A stretch of 34,244 nt of DNA from an uncultured Roseburia sp. (GCA_947564765.1 CANODN010000001.1:1-34244); one strand, 5' to 3'; positions 15,473 to 23,794 are shown, numbered from the stretch's first letter. Made by a program: numbers and translations. Notes: generated by a model not told the origin, from the letters alone.

Positions 15473-15534
15473 ACCATATCACTCACCCGTCATTTTGTCA
15501 ATTATATCTTACATATTATATAAAATTTCTTACA
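15473..15534 (-). promoter_or_regulatory. sigma-A promoter with tandem operator-like boxes
   Basis: TTGACA (15501-15496), 17-nt spacer, TG-N-TATGGT (15478-15473). Two TGTAAG-initiated 18-bp boxes 21 bp apart; the proximal one (TGTAAG-N6-TTGACA) includes the -35. Confidence 0.6.
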
Positions 15535-15591
15535 ACAGCAAATACATCACAGTCTAAAATCCAATACTTCCAAATCCGATCCCAGCACCCA

Positions 15592-15736
15592 GCTATGAAA
15601 TAACGCTCAATGACAAACACTATGGAAGCGGACAAAGTATATAAGATTGGAGACCTTATGACCGAAGGGAATACAGTCCCAATCTATATACTTTGCCCGC
15701 TCCCATAACATTGTCCGTACAGCGTTATTTCATAGC
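15592..15736 (-). repeat. 145-bp long imperfect inverted repeat (hairpin)
   Basis: Perfect 16-bp termini GCTATGAAATAACGCT/AGCGTTATTTCATAGC, plus an inner 23-bp arm pair with 2 transitions and further paired segments. Confidence 0.92.
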
Positions 15737-15747
15737 GTCCGTCTCCC

Positions 15748-16548
15748 TTATTGCAAAAACTCCTCCAGCGATCCAAACGTATACCCCAATTCCTCCCATT
15801 TCGAGAGCAATTCATCCAATATCTCCCCATTTGTCGCCGAAGTCGCATGTAAAAGTACAATGGCCCCCGGATGAATCCGCGGCAGCAGCTTACTGTACGC
15901 CTCATCCGCCGTAGGCTGCTTATCCTGATACCAGTCCACATAAGCCAGACTCCAGAAAAAAGTATGATACCCAAGCTCCTTTGCCATTTTCAAATTTTCC
16001 ACACTGAACTTCCCCTGAGGCGGCCGGTACAGCTTTGTCATTTCTTCCCCCGTAATTTCCTGATACAAATTCGCTACATCGTCCATTTCCTTTTGAAAAG
16101 AAGTCAGATCACTAATCTGGGACATATCCGGATGATGATACGTATGATTTCCCACCAGATGCCCTTCTGCCTGCATCCGTTTTACAATCTCAGGAGCTGT
16201 TTCCAGAAAATTGCCTACCACAAAAAACGTTCCCTGGGCGTTGTGTTTCTTCAAAGCATCTAAAATTTTCTCCGTATTGCCGTTTTCATAACCGCAGTCA
16301 AAGGTCAGATAAATCGTCTTTTTCGACGTATCCCCGACATAATATGCATCGTATTCTTTTAGCTCCTCTGCACTGACATTTCCCGTGGGCGCAGTCCCTT
16401 CCGTACCAAATCCCAGTCCCCAGTTTTCCGTCTCGCTTTCCAAAAAATGAGAGCTGCTAAAAACATCCACGATTTTAGCAGCTCCAACGCCTGCCCCATA
16501 CATAAACAGAAAAAGCACCGCGAGAAACAGTGTTTTTTTATACTTCAT
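15748..16548 (-). CDS. pdaA: Polysaccharide deacetylase, PdaA type (spore cortex N-acetylmuramic acid deacetylase)
   Basis: N-terminal hydrophobic segment, NWGLGF, YLTFDCGYENG, GNHTYHHPDM, RPPQG, FWSLAYVDW, HPGAIVLLH. Confidence 0.88.
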   Translation of the reverse strand: MKYKKTLFLAVLFLFMYGAGVGAAKIVDVFSSSHFLESETENWGLGFGTEGTAPTGNVSAEELKEYDAYYVGDTSKKTIYLTFDCGYENGNTEKILDALKKHNAQGTFFVVGNFLETAPEIVKRMQAEGHLVGNHTYHHPDMSQISDLTSFQKEMDDVANLYQEITGEEMTKLYRPPQGKFSVENLKMAKELGYHTFFWSLAYVDWYQDKQPTADEAYSKLLPRIHPGAIVLLHATSATNGEILDELLSKWEELGYTFGSLEEFLQ

Positions 16549-16625
16549 ATACACCTTCCGTATTCTCTTTATTCTATCTTATGAGACAATTTTCATTTCA
16601 TTCTGTTTTTTTGAAAGTTCCGGAA

Positions 16626-18032
16626 TTATTCCCTGCCATTCCAGCAATACGTACACAGCTTGCATTTATCAATGCCGACAGCCTCTAACATATCATCCAA
16701 ACGGTTAAACCTTAACGATGTAAAATTCAGCTCCTTTCGGATTTCTTCTATCATACGCTCATATTTGGGAGATTCCGGATCTGCATATTCCTTCAAAATT
16801 TCATCTGTTACGTTCCCCTCCTCCAGACGGTCAATCACACGGCGGGTAATCAAATCCATTTCCGAAGAAGATCTGGAAAAATTCAAATATTTACAGCCAA
16901 ACAAAAGAGGCGGACACGCCGGGCGGATATGTACTTCCTTCGCCCCGCTCTGATATAAAAATTCTGTGGTTTCCCGAAGCTGCGTTCCCCTTACAATGGA
17001 ATCGTCAATCAGTAAAAGACTCTTATCCCGGATCAAATCCTCTACCGCCAAAAGCTTCATCTTTGCAATCAGATTTCTCTGACTCTGTATCGTGGGCATG
17101 AAGGAACGGGGCCAGGTAGGCGTATATTTAATAAACGGCCTGGAAAAAGGAATGCCGGATTCGTTTGCATAACCAATTGCATGCGCCGTACCCGAATCCG
17201 GTACGCCTGCTACAATATCCGGCTGTACATGATCTCGCTCGGCCATTTTCTTACCGCAGTCATAACGCATCTGCTCTACACTGATACCTTCGTAGGAGCT
17301 GGAGGGATAGCCGTAATACACCCACAAAAATGTACATATTTTCATATCCGGTCCGGGACCCGCTAATGTCTCACAGCTTTGATCCGTAATGACTGCAACT
17401 TCTCCCGGTCCTAATTCTTTATAATCCGTATAGCCCAGATTTTTATAAGCAAAATTTTCAAAGGAAACGCAAAAAGCGTCTTCTTTTTTCCCGATCACAA
17501 CCGGCGTCCGGCCATACTTATCCCGCGCCGCATAAATTCCCTTATCATTCATCAGTAATATAGATACTGAACCGTCTACCGAATCCAGTGCATAACGGAT
17601 TCCCTCTATTAAATTACGTTTCTGGTTAATCAAAGATGCAATCAACTCTGTCGCGTTAATGTCTCCGCCGCTCATCTCCAGAAAATGGGAATGTCCGTTT
17701 TCAAACAGCATTTTCGACAATTCCTTTACATTGTTGATTTTGCTGACTGTCGTAATCGCATAAGTACCGTGATGCGAACGAACCAGAAGCGGCTGCGGTT
17801 CATAATCGGAGATACAGCCAATCCCCATGATTCCCGACATCTTCTGGACATCCTTATCAAACTTCGTACGAAAAGGCGAATTTTCAATATTATGGATCGC
17901 CCGGTCAAAGCCGTCCTCCCCATACACTACCATTCCTCCCCGTTTGGTTCCCAGGTGGGAATGATAATCAATGCCAAAAAACAGATCAAATACGCAATCC
18001 TGTCTGGATGCTACGCCAAAAAAGCCGCCCAT
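16626..18032 (-). CDS. purF: Amidophosphoribosyltransferase (variant without the N-terminal catalytic Cys)
   Basis: ARDKYGRTP, GVPDSG, PRPP-binding LIDDSIVRGT, candidate Fe-S Cys residues (KICTF, GCKY, CTYC). Confidence 0.92.
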   Translation of the reverse strand: MGGFFGVASRQDCVFDLFFGIDYHSHLGTKRGGMVVYGEDGFDRAIHNIENSPFRTKFDKDVQKMSGIMGIGCISDYEPQPLLVRSHHGTYAITTVSKINNVKELSKMLFENGHSHFLEMSGGDINATELIASLINQKRNLIEGIRYALDSVDGSVSILLMNDKGIYAARDKYGRTPVVIGKKEDAFCVSFENFAYKNLGYTDYKELGPGEVAVITDQSCETLAGPGPDMKICTFLWVYYGYPSSSYEGISVEQMRYDCGKKMAERDHVQPDIVAGVPDSGTAHAIGYANESGIPFSRPFIKYTPTWPRSFMPTIQSQRNLIAKMKLLAVEDLIRDKSLLLIDDSIVRGTQLRETTEFLYQSGAKEVHIRPACPPLLFGCKYLNFSRSSSEMDLITRRVIDRLEEGNVTDEILKEYADPESPKYERMIEEIRKELNFTSLRFNRLDDMLEAVGIDKCKLCTYCWNGRE

Positions 18033-18049
18033 ATACTTTCCTCATTTCT

Positions 18050-18078
18050 TTTATAAATGTGTGCCAGAGCCTTGTCAA
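18050..18078 (-). promoter_or_regulatory. sigma-A promoter of purF
   Basis: TTGACA (18078-18073), 17-nt spacer, TATAAA (18055-18050). Confidence 0.6.
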
Positions 18079-18123
18079 TAACACCTTTCTTATCATAATC
18101 GTTTGACGGCAAAATGTAAATAT

Positions 18124-18173
18124 AAAAACAAAAATATCCTGTACCCTCCGCATAATCCAAAAGGTACAGGATA
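18124..18173 (-). terminator. Intrinsic terminator after ferredoxin
   Basis: TATCCTGTACC...GGTACAGGATA 11-bp stem followed by TTTTGTTTTT on the minus strand. Confidence 0.8.
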
Positions 18174-18176
18174 CTT

Positions 18177-18365
18177 TTATTCTTCTTCATGAATGGCATC
18201 TACCGGACACCCGGTAACGCAGGCTTCTACCAGATCTCTGTTTTCATCTGTCGTATCTGCAACGCTCACTGCCTTGCCGTCATCGTCCATTTGAAACACA
18301 TCCGGTTCGGTAGAAGCACACAAACCGCATCCAATACAGGTATCCTTATCTACAACTGCACGCAT
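18177..18365 (-). CDS. Monocluster [4Fe-4S] ferredoxin
   Basis: CIGCGLC...CP, 62 aa, acidic. AAGGAGG RBS. Confidence 0.93.
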   Translation of the reverse strand: MRAVVDKDTCIGCGLCASTEPDVFQMDDDGKAVSVADTTDENRDLVEACVTGCPVDAIHEEE

Positions 18366-18393
18366 AATCCGTTCCTCCTTTTTCTCTTTTCCA

Positions 18394-18423
18394 TACTTTT
18401 TCCAAAAAAGAGGAATTTTATAC
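18394..18423 (-). promoter_or_regulatory. Forespore sigma-F/G-like promoter of the ferredoxin
   Basis: GTATA, 15-nt spacer, GGAAAAAGTA; close to the sigma-F consensus GYATA-N15-GGnnAnAHTA. Confidence 0.5.
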
Positions 18424-18434
18424 CATTTTTCTTT

Positions 18435-19733
18435 TTATGCCTTTCGTATGGCTTTTAAAATGGAACCCATCTTTGGCGTTGTTCCATAAAGCAGAACGCC
18501 TACGCGATAAATTTTCGCAGAAATAATGCCGATGCCTGCCACGCTTACCATTAAAACCGCAATGGAAATCACAATTTCATAAAGTGGCACCGTGCTCATG
18601 GCAATACGTGTAAACATCGCCATGGGAGAAACAAAGGGCACATACGAGCAGATCCGCATCAACAGACTGTCTACATTCCCGCTTGACATAGACATCATAA
18701 CCACAAGAAATCCTGCAATAAACAAAAGCGTCACCGGCATGACAGAGGTGTTGATATCCTCTACCTTAGAAGCCGTAGAACCGATTGCCCCAAACATAAA
18801 CGCATAGACAAAAAATCCCAACACAAAAAAGATCAGCATATATACCAGTAAGTTCAGCGGCATATCAAAAATGGATGCCACAATTCCATTTCCCTCCCAC
18901 TGAGCCTTATTGATATTGTAAAACAAAATCGACGATCCAAACACCACCAAAAGCTGGACAAATCCCGCCAGACAAGACGCCAGCACCTTTCCGAACATCA
19001 TGCTCACCGGTTTTGCACTGGTAATCAAAAGTTCCATTGCCCTTGAGCTTTTCTCCGTAGCAACGTTTGTCGCAACCATTTGCCCATACAAAAGGATTAC
19101 CATATACAGTGCAAAAATCATAATATACGTATACAAGAAATTCTTCATCTGATCCTTGCCAAGGCTTTCCGTTTCATGACGGATCTCGACGGAAAGCGCC
19201 TCCTGTGCTTCCTCTGCGGTCATGCCGCCGTTTACCATGGCATTGACGCGATACATATTCTGCAAAACTTCATCCACAATTTCCGTATTTGCATCGTACA
19301 TGGGAAGATTATTCACATAATACGTATAAGCATCCATTCCTTCCAGAACAAACGCACATTCCGCATCTCCTTCCATTACCTTTTCTTTGATCTGCTCTGT
19401 CTCATCCTCTGTCAGCAAAACCTCATACTCCGGAAACGACGACTGAAACGCATCCTGAATCCCTTTGGCGTCCTGCCGGTACTCTTCGGGAACAAACAGC
19501 AGCAGCGCCCCTGTAATTTCACCGGCCTCCGCTTCGTCTGCTCCTGTTCCTTCCGGCGCCGTTTCAGATTCGCCTGCGGCATTGGCATCTCTGCCCTCAA
19601 TCAAATTCTTTACATTTGGAAAAAACATAATGCCTGCAATGACGACCACCAGAAAAATGGTCACACCGACAAATACTTTATTCTTAAAATAACTAACCAG
19701 TTCAAATTGAAAAATTGTTCCAAACTGTTTCAT
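18435..19733 (-). CDS. ABC-2 type exporter permease (YhaP/NatB-like)
   Basis: N-terminal TM, large extracellular loop, VATEKSSRAMELLITS, GKVL, C-terminal TM bundle ending KIYRVGVLLYG. Confidence 0.9.
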   Translation of the reverse strand: MKQFGTIFQFELVSYFKNKVFVGVTIFLVVVIAGIMFFPNVKNLIEGRDANAAGESETAPEGTGADEAEAGEITGALLLFVPEEYRQDAKGIQDAFQSSFPEYEVLLTEDETEQIKEKVMEGDAECAFVLEGMDAYTYYVNNLPMYDANTEIVDEVLQNMYRVNAMVNGGMTAEEAQEALSVEIRHETESLGKDQMKNFLYTYIMIFALYMVILLYGQMVATNVATEKSSRAMELLITSAKPVSMMFGKVLASCLAGFVQLLVVFGSSILFYNINKAQWEGNGIVASIFDMPLNLLVYMLIFFVLGFFVYAFMFGAIGSTASKVEDINTSVMPVTLLFIAGFLVVMMSMSSGNVDSLLMRICSYVPFVSPMAMFTRIAMSTVPLYEIVISIAVLMVSVAGIGIISAKIYRVGVLLYGTTPKMGSILKAIRKA

Positions 19734-19745
19734 ATCTGCATCTCC

Positions 19746-20636
19746 TTAATCCTGATCGCCTGCATACTCTACAAATATATCGTTCAATGATGGTTCAAAT
19801 ATTTTTATCTCGTCAATATCATACGCTTCCGTCAGCCGTTTCATCATATTTTGCTTTTCCTCTGCTCCCGCCATTTGAATCAGCAATTCCTGCGCAGACC
19901 TTTTCCGGCAGCATGAACCAAGATCTTTTACAATAGCATCCGCTTCCTCGGAACGCACAATCAGTTTGTCCCTCACATAATTATGCTTGATCTCATAAAT
20001 ATTGCCCTGCAGCACAATATTCCCTTTATTTAATATCGCAATGCTGTCACAGAATTCCTCAATGTAATTCATCTGGTGGCTGGAAAAAAGAACAATCTTC
20101 CCCTTCTCAATCTCTTCCTTAACTACATCCTTTAACAACATGGCATTGACAGGGTCCAGACCGGAAAAGGGTTCATCCAGAATCACAATCTGCGGATCGT
20201 GGGCAAGCGCCGTTACAAGCTGTATTTTCTGCTGGTTACCCTTGGAAAGCGTATCCAGCCGCTTATTTTTGTATTCTGCCATTTCCAGGCGGTCCAGCCA
20301 GTAGTCAATGGCTTTTACCGCATCTATCCGCTTCATTCCGTGCAGCCTTGCAAAATATACCAGCTGGTCGATAATTTTCTTCTTGGGATACAACCCTCGT
20401 TCCTCGGGAAGATAACCGATTTTGATTTTTGTATAATCTATGGGATTTCCGTCAATCCGTACTTCTCCCTGGTCCGCAGAAAATACATCCATTAAAATAC
20501 GTATCGTTGTAGTTTTTCCGGCGCCGTTTCTTCCTAACAGTCCAAAGGCTTTTCCGCTTTCCGCTGAAAAAGAATTTCCTTTTAATACTTCTTTTTCTCC
20601 AAAGCTTTTCCAGATATTTTTTAATTCAAGTCTCAT
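19746..20636 (-). CDS. ABC transporter ATP-binding protein (YhaQ-like)
   Basis: Walker A GRNGAGKTT, signature LSKGNQQK, Walker B VILDEP, SSH. Start at 20636 after GGAGG. Confidence 0.93.
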   Translation of the reverse strand: MRLELKNIWKSFGEKEVLKGNSFSAESGKAFGLLGRNGAGKTTTIRILMDVFSADQGEVRIDGNPIDYTKIKIGYLPEERGLYPKKKIIDQLVYFARLHGMKRIDAVKAIDYWLDRLEMAEYKNKRLDTLSKGNQQKIQLVTALAHDPQIVILDEPFSGLDPVNAMLLKDVVKEEIEKGKIVLFSSHQMNYIEEFCDSIAILNKGNIVLQGNIYEIKHNYVRDKLIVRSEEADAIVKDLGSCCRKRSAQELLIQMAGAEEKQNMMKRLTEAYDIDEIKIFEPSLNDIFVEYAGDQD

Positions 20637-20696
20637 AATTCCTCCCTCCAGCGCATGTCCAAACACTGCTTTCTGACCTTGGTTCTATCTTTCGAA

Positions 20697-20751
20697 ATTA
20701 TATCACAACCCATATACCCGTACAATAAAGCAAATCTTATGATTTCCTTAA
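20697..20751 (-). promoter_or_regulatory. sigma-A promoter of the ABC operon with an upstream direct repeat
   Basis: TTGTAC, 17-nt spacer, TG-N-TATAAT. TTAAG-N6-ATAAG (11-bp period) at 20751-20736. Confidence 0.6.
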
Positions 20752-20763
20752 TTCTGCCGGACG

Positions 20764-20797
20764 GCATGAGGGCGGCCCATAAAGGACCGCCCCATGC
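20764..20797 (-). terminator. GC-rich hairpin at the end of the feo operon
   Basis: GCATGGGGCGGTCC-tttat-GGGCCGCCCTCATGC right after the stop at 20804. No good U tract, so termination is uncertain. Confidence 0.5.
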
Positions 20798-20803
20798 TTT
20801 GTA

Positions 20804-20935
20804 CTAATGACATCCTCTGCAATGCCCACAGTCACCGCCGCAGGATGCCTTTCCGTTTTTTCTGTTTTTTATTAGACTGCGGACCGCAAGTCCCGCACAG
20901 CCTAATACAATACATCCGACAATAAAGGTTCCCAT
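20804..20935 (-). CDS. FeoB-associated Cys-rich small membrane protein (43 aa)
   Basis: Manual translation MGTFIVGCIVLGCAGLAVRSLIKNRKNGKASCGGDCGHCRGCH*. GAGGTG RBS, 12 nt after the feoB stop. Below the ORF-track cutoff. Confidence 0.9.
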   Translation of the reverse strand: MGTFIVGCIVLGCAGLAVRSLIKNRKNGKASCGGDCGHCRGCH

Positions 20936-20947
20936 ACACACCTCTCT

Positions 20948-23128
20948 TTACTTTGCCTTTGCCATTTTAATATTTACATCCAGTGTCTGACTTTCTTTAT
21001 AAGGACGGAACAGCAGATAAAGAAATGCTGCTATTATAATCACTGCCACAACCGTTCCGATTCCGAATGTACCAAACGTAAGAAATGTTCCGATCTGATA
21101 TACACAAAGGGATACCGCATACGCCAGAATCGTCTGATAACCAATAGCAAACCAAAACCATTTCCGGTTATTCATCTCTCTCTTAATTGCTCCCATTGCC
21201 GCAAAGCAGGGTGCGCAGAGCAGATTAAATACCAGAAAGGAATACGCCGCAACTGCTGTCATCGTACTTGCAAGTGACGCCCATATTTCGGCTCCATCCT
21301 CTGCAACTTCTGCATATCCGAAAAGAATACCGAAGGTTGATACGACGTTTTCCTTTGCAATCAACCCGGTAACTGCCGCAACGGCCATTTTCCAATCGCC
21401 CCAGCCAAGAGGAGCAAAAATCGGAGCGATAATTCCGCCGATTACCGCCAGAATACTATTGTCAAGTTCCTCTGCCTCCAACATGCCAAAGTTTCCGCCG
21501 CTCCAGCCAAATCCCTGTAAAAACCAAAGTACGATAGCCGACAACAAAATAATCGTTCCTGCTTTTTTAATAAAGGACCAGCCGCGTTCCCACATACTTC
21601 TTAAAACATTTCCCACAGTCGGAAGGTGGTATGCCGGAAGCTCCATAACGAAAGGAGCTGGCTCTCCTGCAAACATCTTTGTCTTTTTCAAAATAATACC
21701 GGAGCAGATTACGGCTGCAATTCCTACGAAAAATGCACTGAAGGATACCCATCCGGAATTTCCGAAAAATGCCCCTGCAATCAGCGCAATAATCGGAAGC
21801 TTTGCTCCGCAGGGAATAAATGTAGTTGTCATAATCGTCATCTTGCGGTCTCTGTCATTTTCAATCGTTCTCGACGCCATAACGCCGGGGACGCCGCATC
21901 CTGTTCCGATCAGCATCGGAATAAAGGATTTTCCGGAAAGACCGAATTTACGGAAAATACGGTCCATAATAAACGCCACTCTTGCCATATAGCCGCAGGC
22001 CTCTAAAACTGCCAGGAAAATAAACAGCACCAGCATCTGCGGTACAAATCCAAGCACTGCGCCGACGCCGCCGATAATACCATCTAAAACCAATCCCTGC
22101 AGCCAGTCAGCACAGCCGATTGCATTCAGCCCGCTTTCTGCAAGCACCGGAATACCGGGAATTTCAAGCCCAAACAGGCTCCAGCCATCTCCGAATACAC
22201 CATCGTTTGCCCAATCGGTCGCCCATGTTCCTACAGTAGTTACAGATACATAATACACCAAAAACATCACAGCTGCAAAAATCGGAAGTGCAAGAATCCG
22301 GTTTGTGACAATCCGGTCGATTTTATCCGAAACAGACAGCTCCTGCTTTTTGTTTTTCGTACAGCACTCTCCGATAATCGAGGAAATGTATTCATATCGT
22401 TCATTTGTAATGATGCTTTCCGTATCGTCATCAAATGCTTCTTCCAATGCTTTGATTTCCGCGGATACATCCGGCACCCTCTGCATCTGGCCGGCAATTT
22501 TATCATCTTTCTCCAGTAATTTAATTGCAAAAAAACGTTTCTGGCTTTCCTCTGTATCCAAAGCAAGCTTATCCTCCACTGTGTGAATTACACGCTCTAC
22601 TTCCTCCCGAAATTCATGAACCGGCGCGGATACCGCTTTCTTTTGCGCCAGGGCAACCGCCTTTTCTGCAGCCTTCTCAATTCCAGTTCCTTTCAATGCA
22701 GAAATTTCTACCGTCTCACACCCTAATTTTTTACTCAATTTGTCAATATGTATCTGATCACCGTTTTTCTCCAGAATATCCATCATGTTGACAGCCATAA
22801 CAACCGGGATACCCAGTTCCATGATCTGTGTAGACAGATACAGATTACGTTCCATGTTTGTACCATCTACAATATTGATAATGACATCCGGCCGTTCCAT
22901 AATCAGATAATTTCTTGCCACGACTTCCTCCAGCGTATAGGGAGACAGAGAGTAGATTCCCGGCAGATCCATAATAATAACGTCTTTATGGCCTTTTAGT
23001 CTGCCTTCTTTTTTCTCCACCGTTACACCGGGCCAGTTTCCCACAAACTGATTGGAACCCGTCAGTGCATTAAATAATGTTGTCTTTCCGCAGTTTGGAT
23101 TTCCTGCTAACGCAATCTTAATTGCCAT
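20948..23128 (-). CDS. feoB: Ferrous iron transporter B
   Basis: G1 GNPNCGKT, NWPGVT, G3 DLPG, G4 NMMD, gate motifs, PFVMELPAY. Confidence 0.98.
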   Translation of the reverse strand: MAIKIALAGNPNCGKTTLFNALTGSNQFVGNWPGVTVEKKEGRLKGHKDVIIMDLPGIYSLSPYTLEEVVARNYLIMERPDVIINIVDGTNMERNLYLSTQIMELGIPVVMAVNMMDILEKNGDQIHIDKLSKKLGCETVEISALKGTGIEKAAEKAVALAQKKAVSAPVHEFREEVERVIHTVEDKLALDTEESQKRFFAIKLLEKDDKIAGQMQRVPDVSAEIKALEEAFDDDTESIITNERYEYISSIIGECCTKNKKQELSVSDKIDRIVTNRILALPIFAAVMFLVYYVSVTTVGTWATDWANDGVFGDGWSLFGLEIPGIPVLAESGLNAIGCADWLQGLVLDGIIGGVGAVLGFVPQMLVLFIFLAVLEACGYMARVAFIMDRIFRKFGLSGKSFIPMLIGTGCGVPGVMASRTIENDRDRKMTIMTTTFIPCGAKLPIIALIAGAFFGNSGWVSFSAFFVGIAAVICSGIILKKTKMFAGEPAPFVMELPAYHLPTVGNVLRSMWERGWSFIKKAGTIILLSAIVLWFLQGFGWSGGNFGMLEAEELDNSILAVIGGIIAPIFAPLGWGDWKMAVAAVTGLIAKENVVSTFGILFGYAEVAEDGAEIWASLASTMTAVAAYSFLVFNLLCAPCFAAMGAIKREMNNRKWFWFAIGYQTILAYAVSLCVYQIGTFLTFGTFGIGTVVAVIIIAAFLYLLFRPYKESQTLDVNIKMAKAK

Positions 23129-23166
23129 TTCTTTGCTCCTCCTGTTTTGTTCGTCTGGACAACCAA

Positions 23167-23194
23167 AGATTAGTTTGAACTAACATATGGTCAA
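23167..23194 (-). promoter_or_regulatory. DtxR/MntR-like box within a possible internal promoter before feoB
   Basis: TTAG-N6-CTAA at 23170-23183, inside TTGACC-16 nt-TAATCT. Confidence 0.55.
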
Positions 23195-23200
23195 AAAAAA

Positions 23201-23422
23201 TTATTCCACTTCAATCATTTCTGCATCTGCTTTCCGCAGTGACAGCTCATATCCACGTACCGTGACCTCCACGGGATCGCCTAACGGCGCAACCTTCCGG
23301 ACAAAAATGTCCACGCCCTTTGTAATTCCCATATCCATGATACGTCTTTTCACCGGTCCTTCCCCGGAAAGCTTTTTGACTTTTACGGTTTCCCCGCACG
23401 CAGCCTCTCTTAACGTCTTCAT
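23201..23422 (-). CDS. feoA: Ferrous iron transport protein A (second copy)
   Basis: RRIMDMGITKG...APLGDPVEVTVRGYELSLRK. Start ATG 23422 after AAGGAG; the longer track start runs through the repeat. Confidence 0.95.
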   Translation of the reverse strand: MKTLREAACGETVKVKKLSGEGPVKRRIMDMGITKGVDIFVRKVAPLGDPVEVTVRGYELSLRKADAEMIEVE

Positions 23423-23432
23423 AATATTCTCC

Positions 23433-23583
23433 TTTCCTTCTAATTGCGCGCTCTTCAGCGCATAAAGGGATACCCGAAGGGTATTTCCTTCTAATTGCAC
23501 GTTCTTCCGTGCATAAAGGGATACCCGAAGGGTATTTCCTTCTAATTGCGCGCCTTAGCGCACAAAGGGATACCCGAAGGGTA
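23433..23583. repeat. Tandem array of three 51/51/49-bp double-hairpin units
   Basis: Unit TTTCCTTCTAATTGC[variable hairpin]GCA(T/C)AAAGGGATACCCGAAGGGTA at 23433-23483, 23484-23534 and 23535-23583. Confidence 0.95.
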
Positions 23584-23584
23584 T

Positions 23585-23794
23585 TTATACTATAATTTTA
23601 TTAGCCATATCCTTGCCAATGGCGACACGTGAATCTCTCACATTCACAATCATATTACCGCCGATCTCAGATACAACCGTTACTAAACCGCCTGCTGTAA
23701 ATCCAAGATTCTCCAAAAATCTGCGGGTATCCTCTCTTCCGCCGACTTTTCTTATGACATTGGCTTCTCCCTGTTTCACCATTGATAACGGCAT
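23585..23794 (-). CDS. feoA: Ferrous iron transport protein A (first copy)
   Basis: MPLSMV...RRFLENLGF...SRVAIGKDMANKIIV. AAGGAG RBS. Confidence 0.93.
   Translation of the reverse strand: MPLSMVKQGEANVIRKVGGREDTRRFLENLGFTAGGLVTVVSEIGGNMIVNVRDSRVAIGKDMANKIIV

Noticed and set aside
15592-15736. 6S RNA, SRP RNA or riboswitch identity for the long hairpin
   Set aside because: No central open bubble, SRP loop motif or recognisable aptamer consensus was seen. An Rfam search would settle it.
15684-15974. 96-aa minus-strand ORF overlapping the pdaA 3' end and the hairpin
   Set aside because: Alternative frame of pdaA with no motif or RBS.
23423-23500. N-terminal extension of FeoA2 with repeated QLEG
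   Set aside because: Artefact of the 51-bp (17-codon) repeat. The strong RBS and normal FeoA length support ATG 23422.
23433-23583. CRISPR mini-array interpretation of the feoA intergenic repeat
   Set aside because: Variable parts are only about 12-14 nt, are related to each other and are self-complementary. No cas genes or leader are present.
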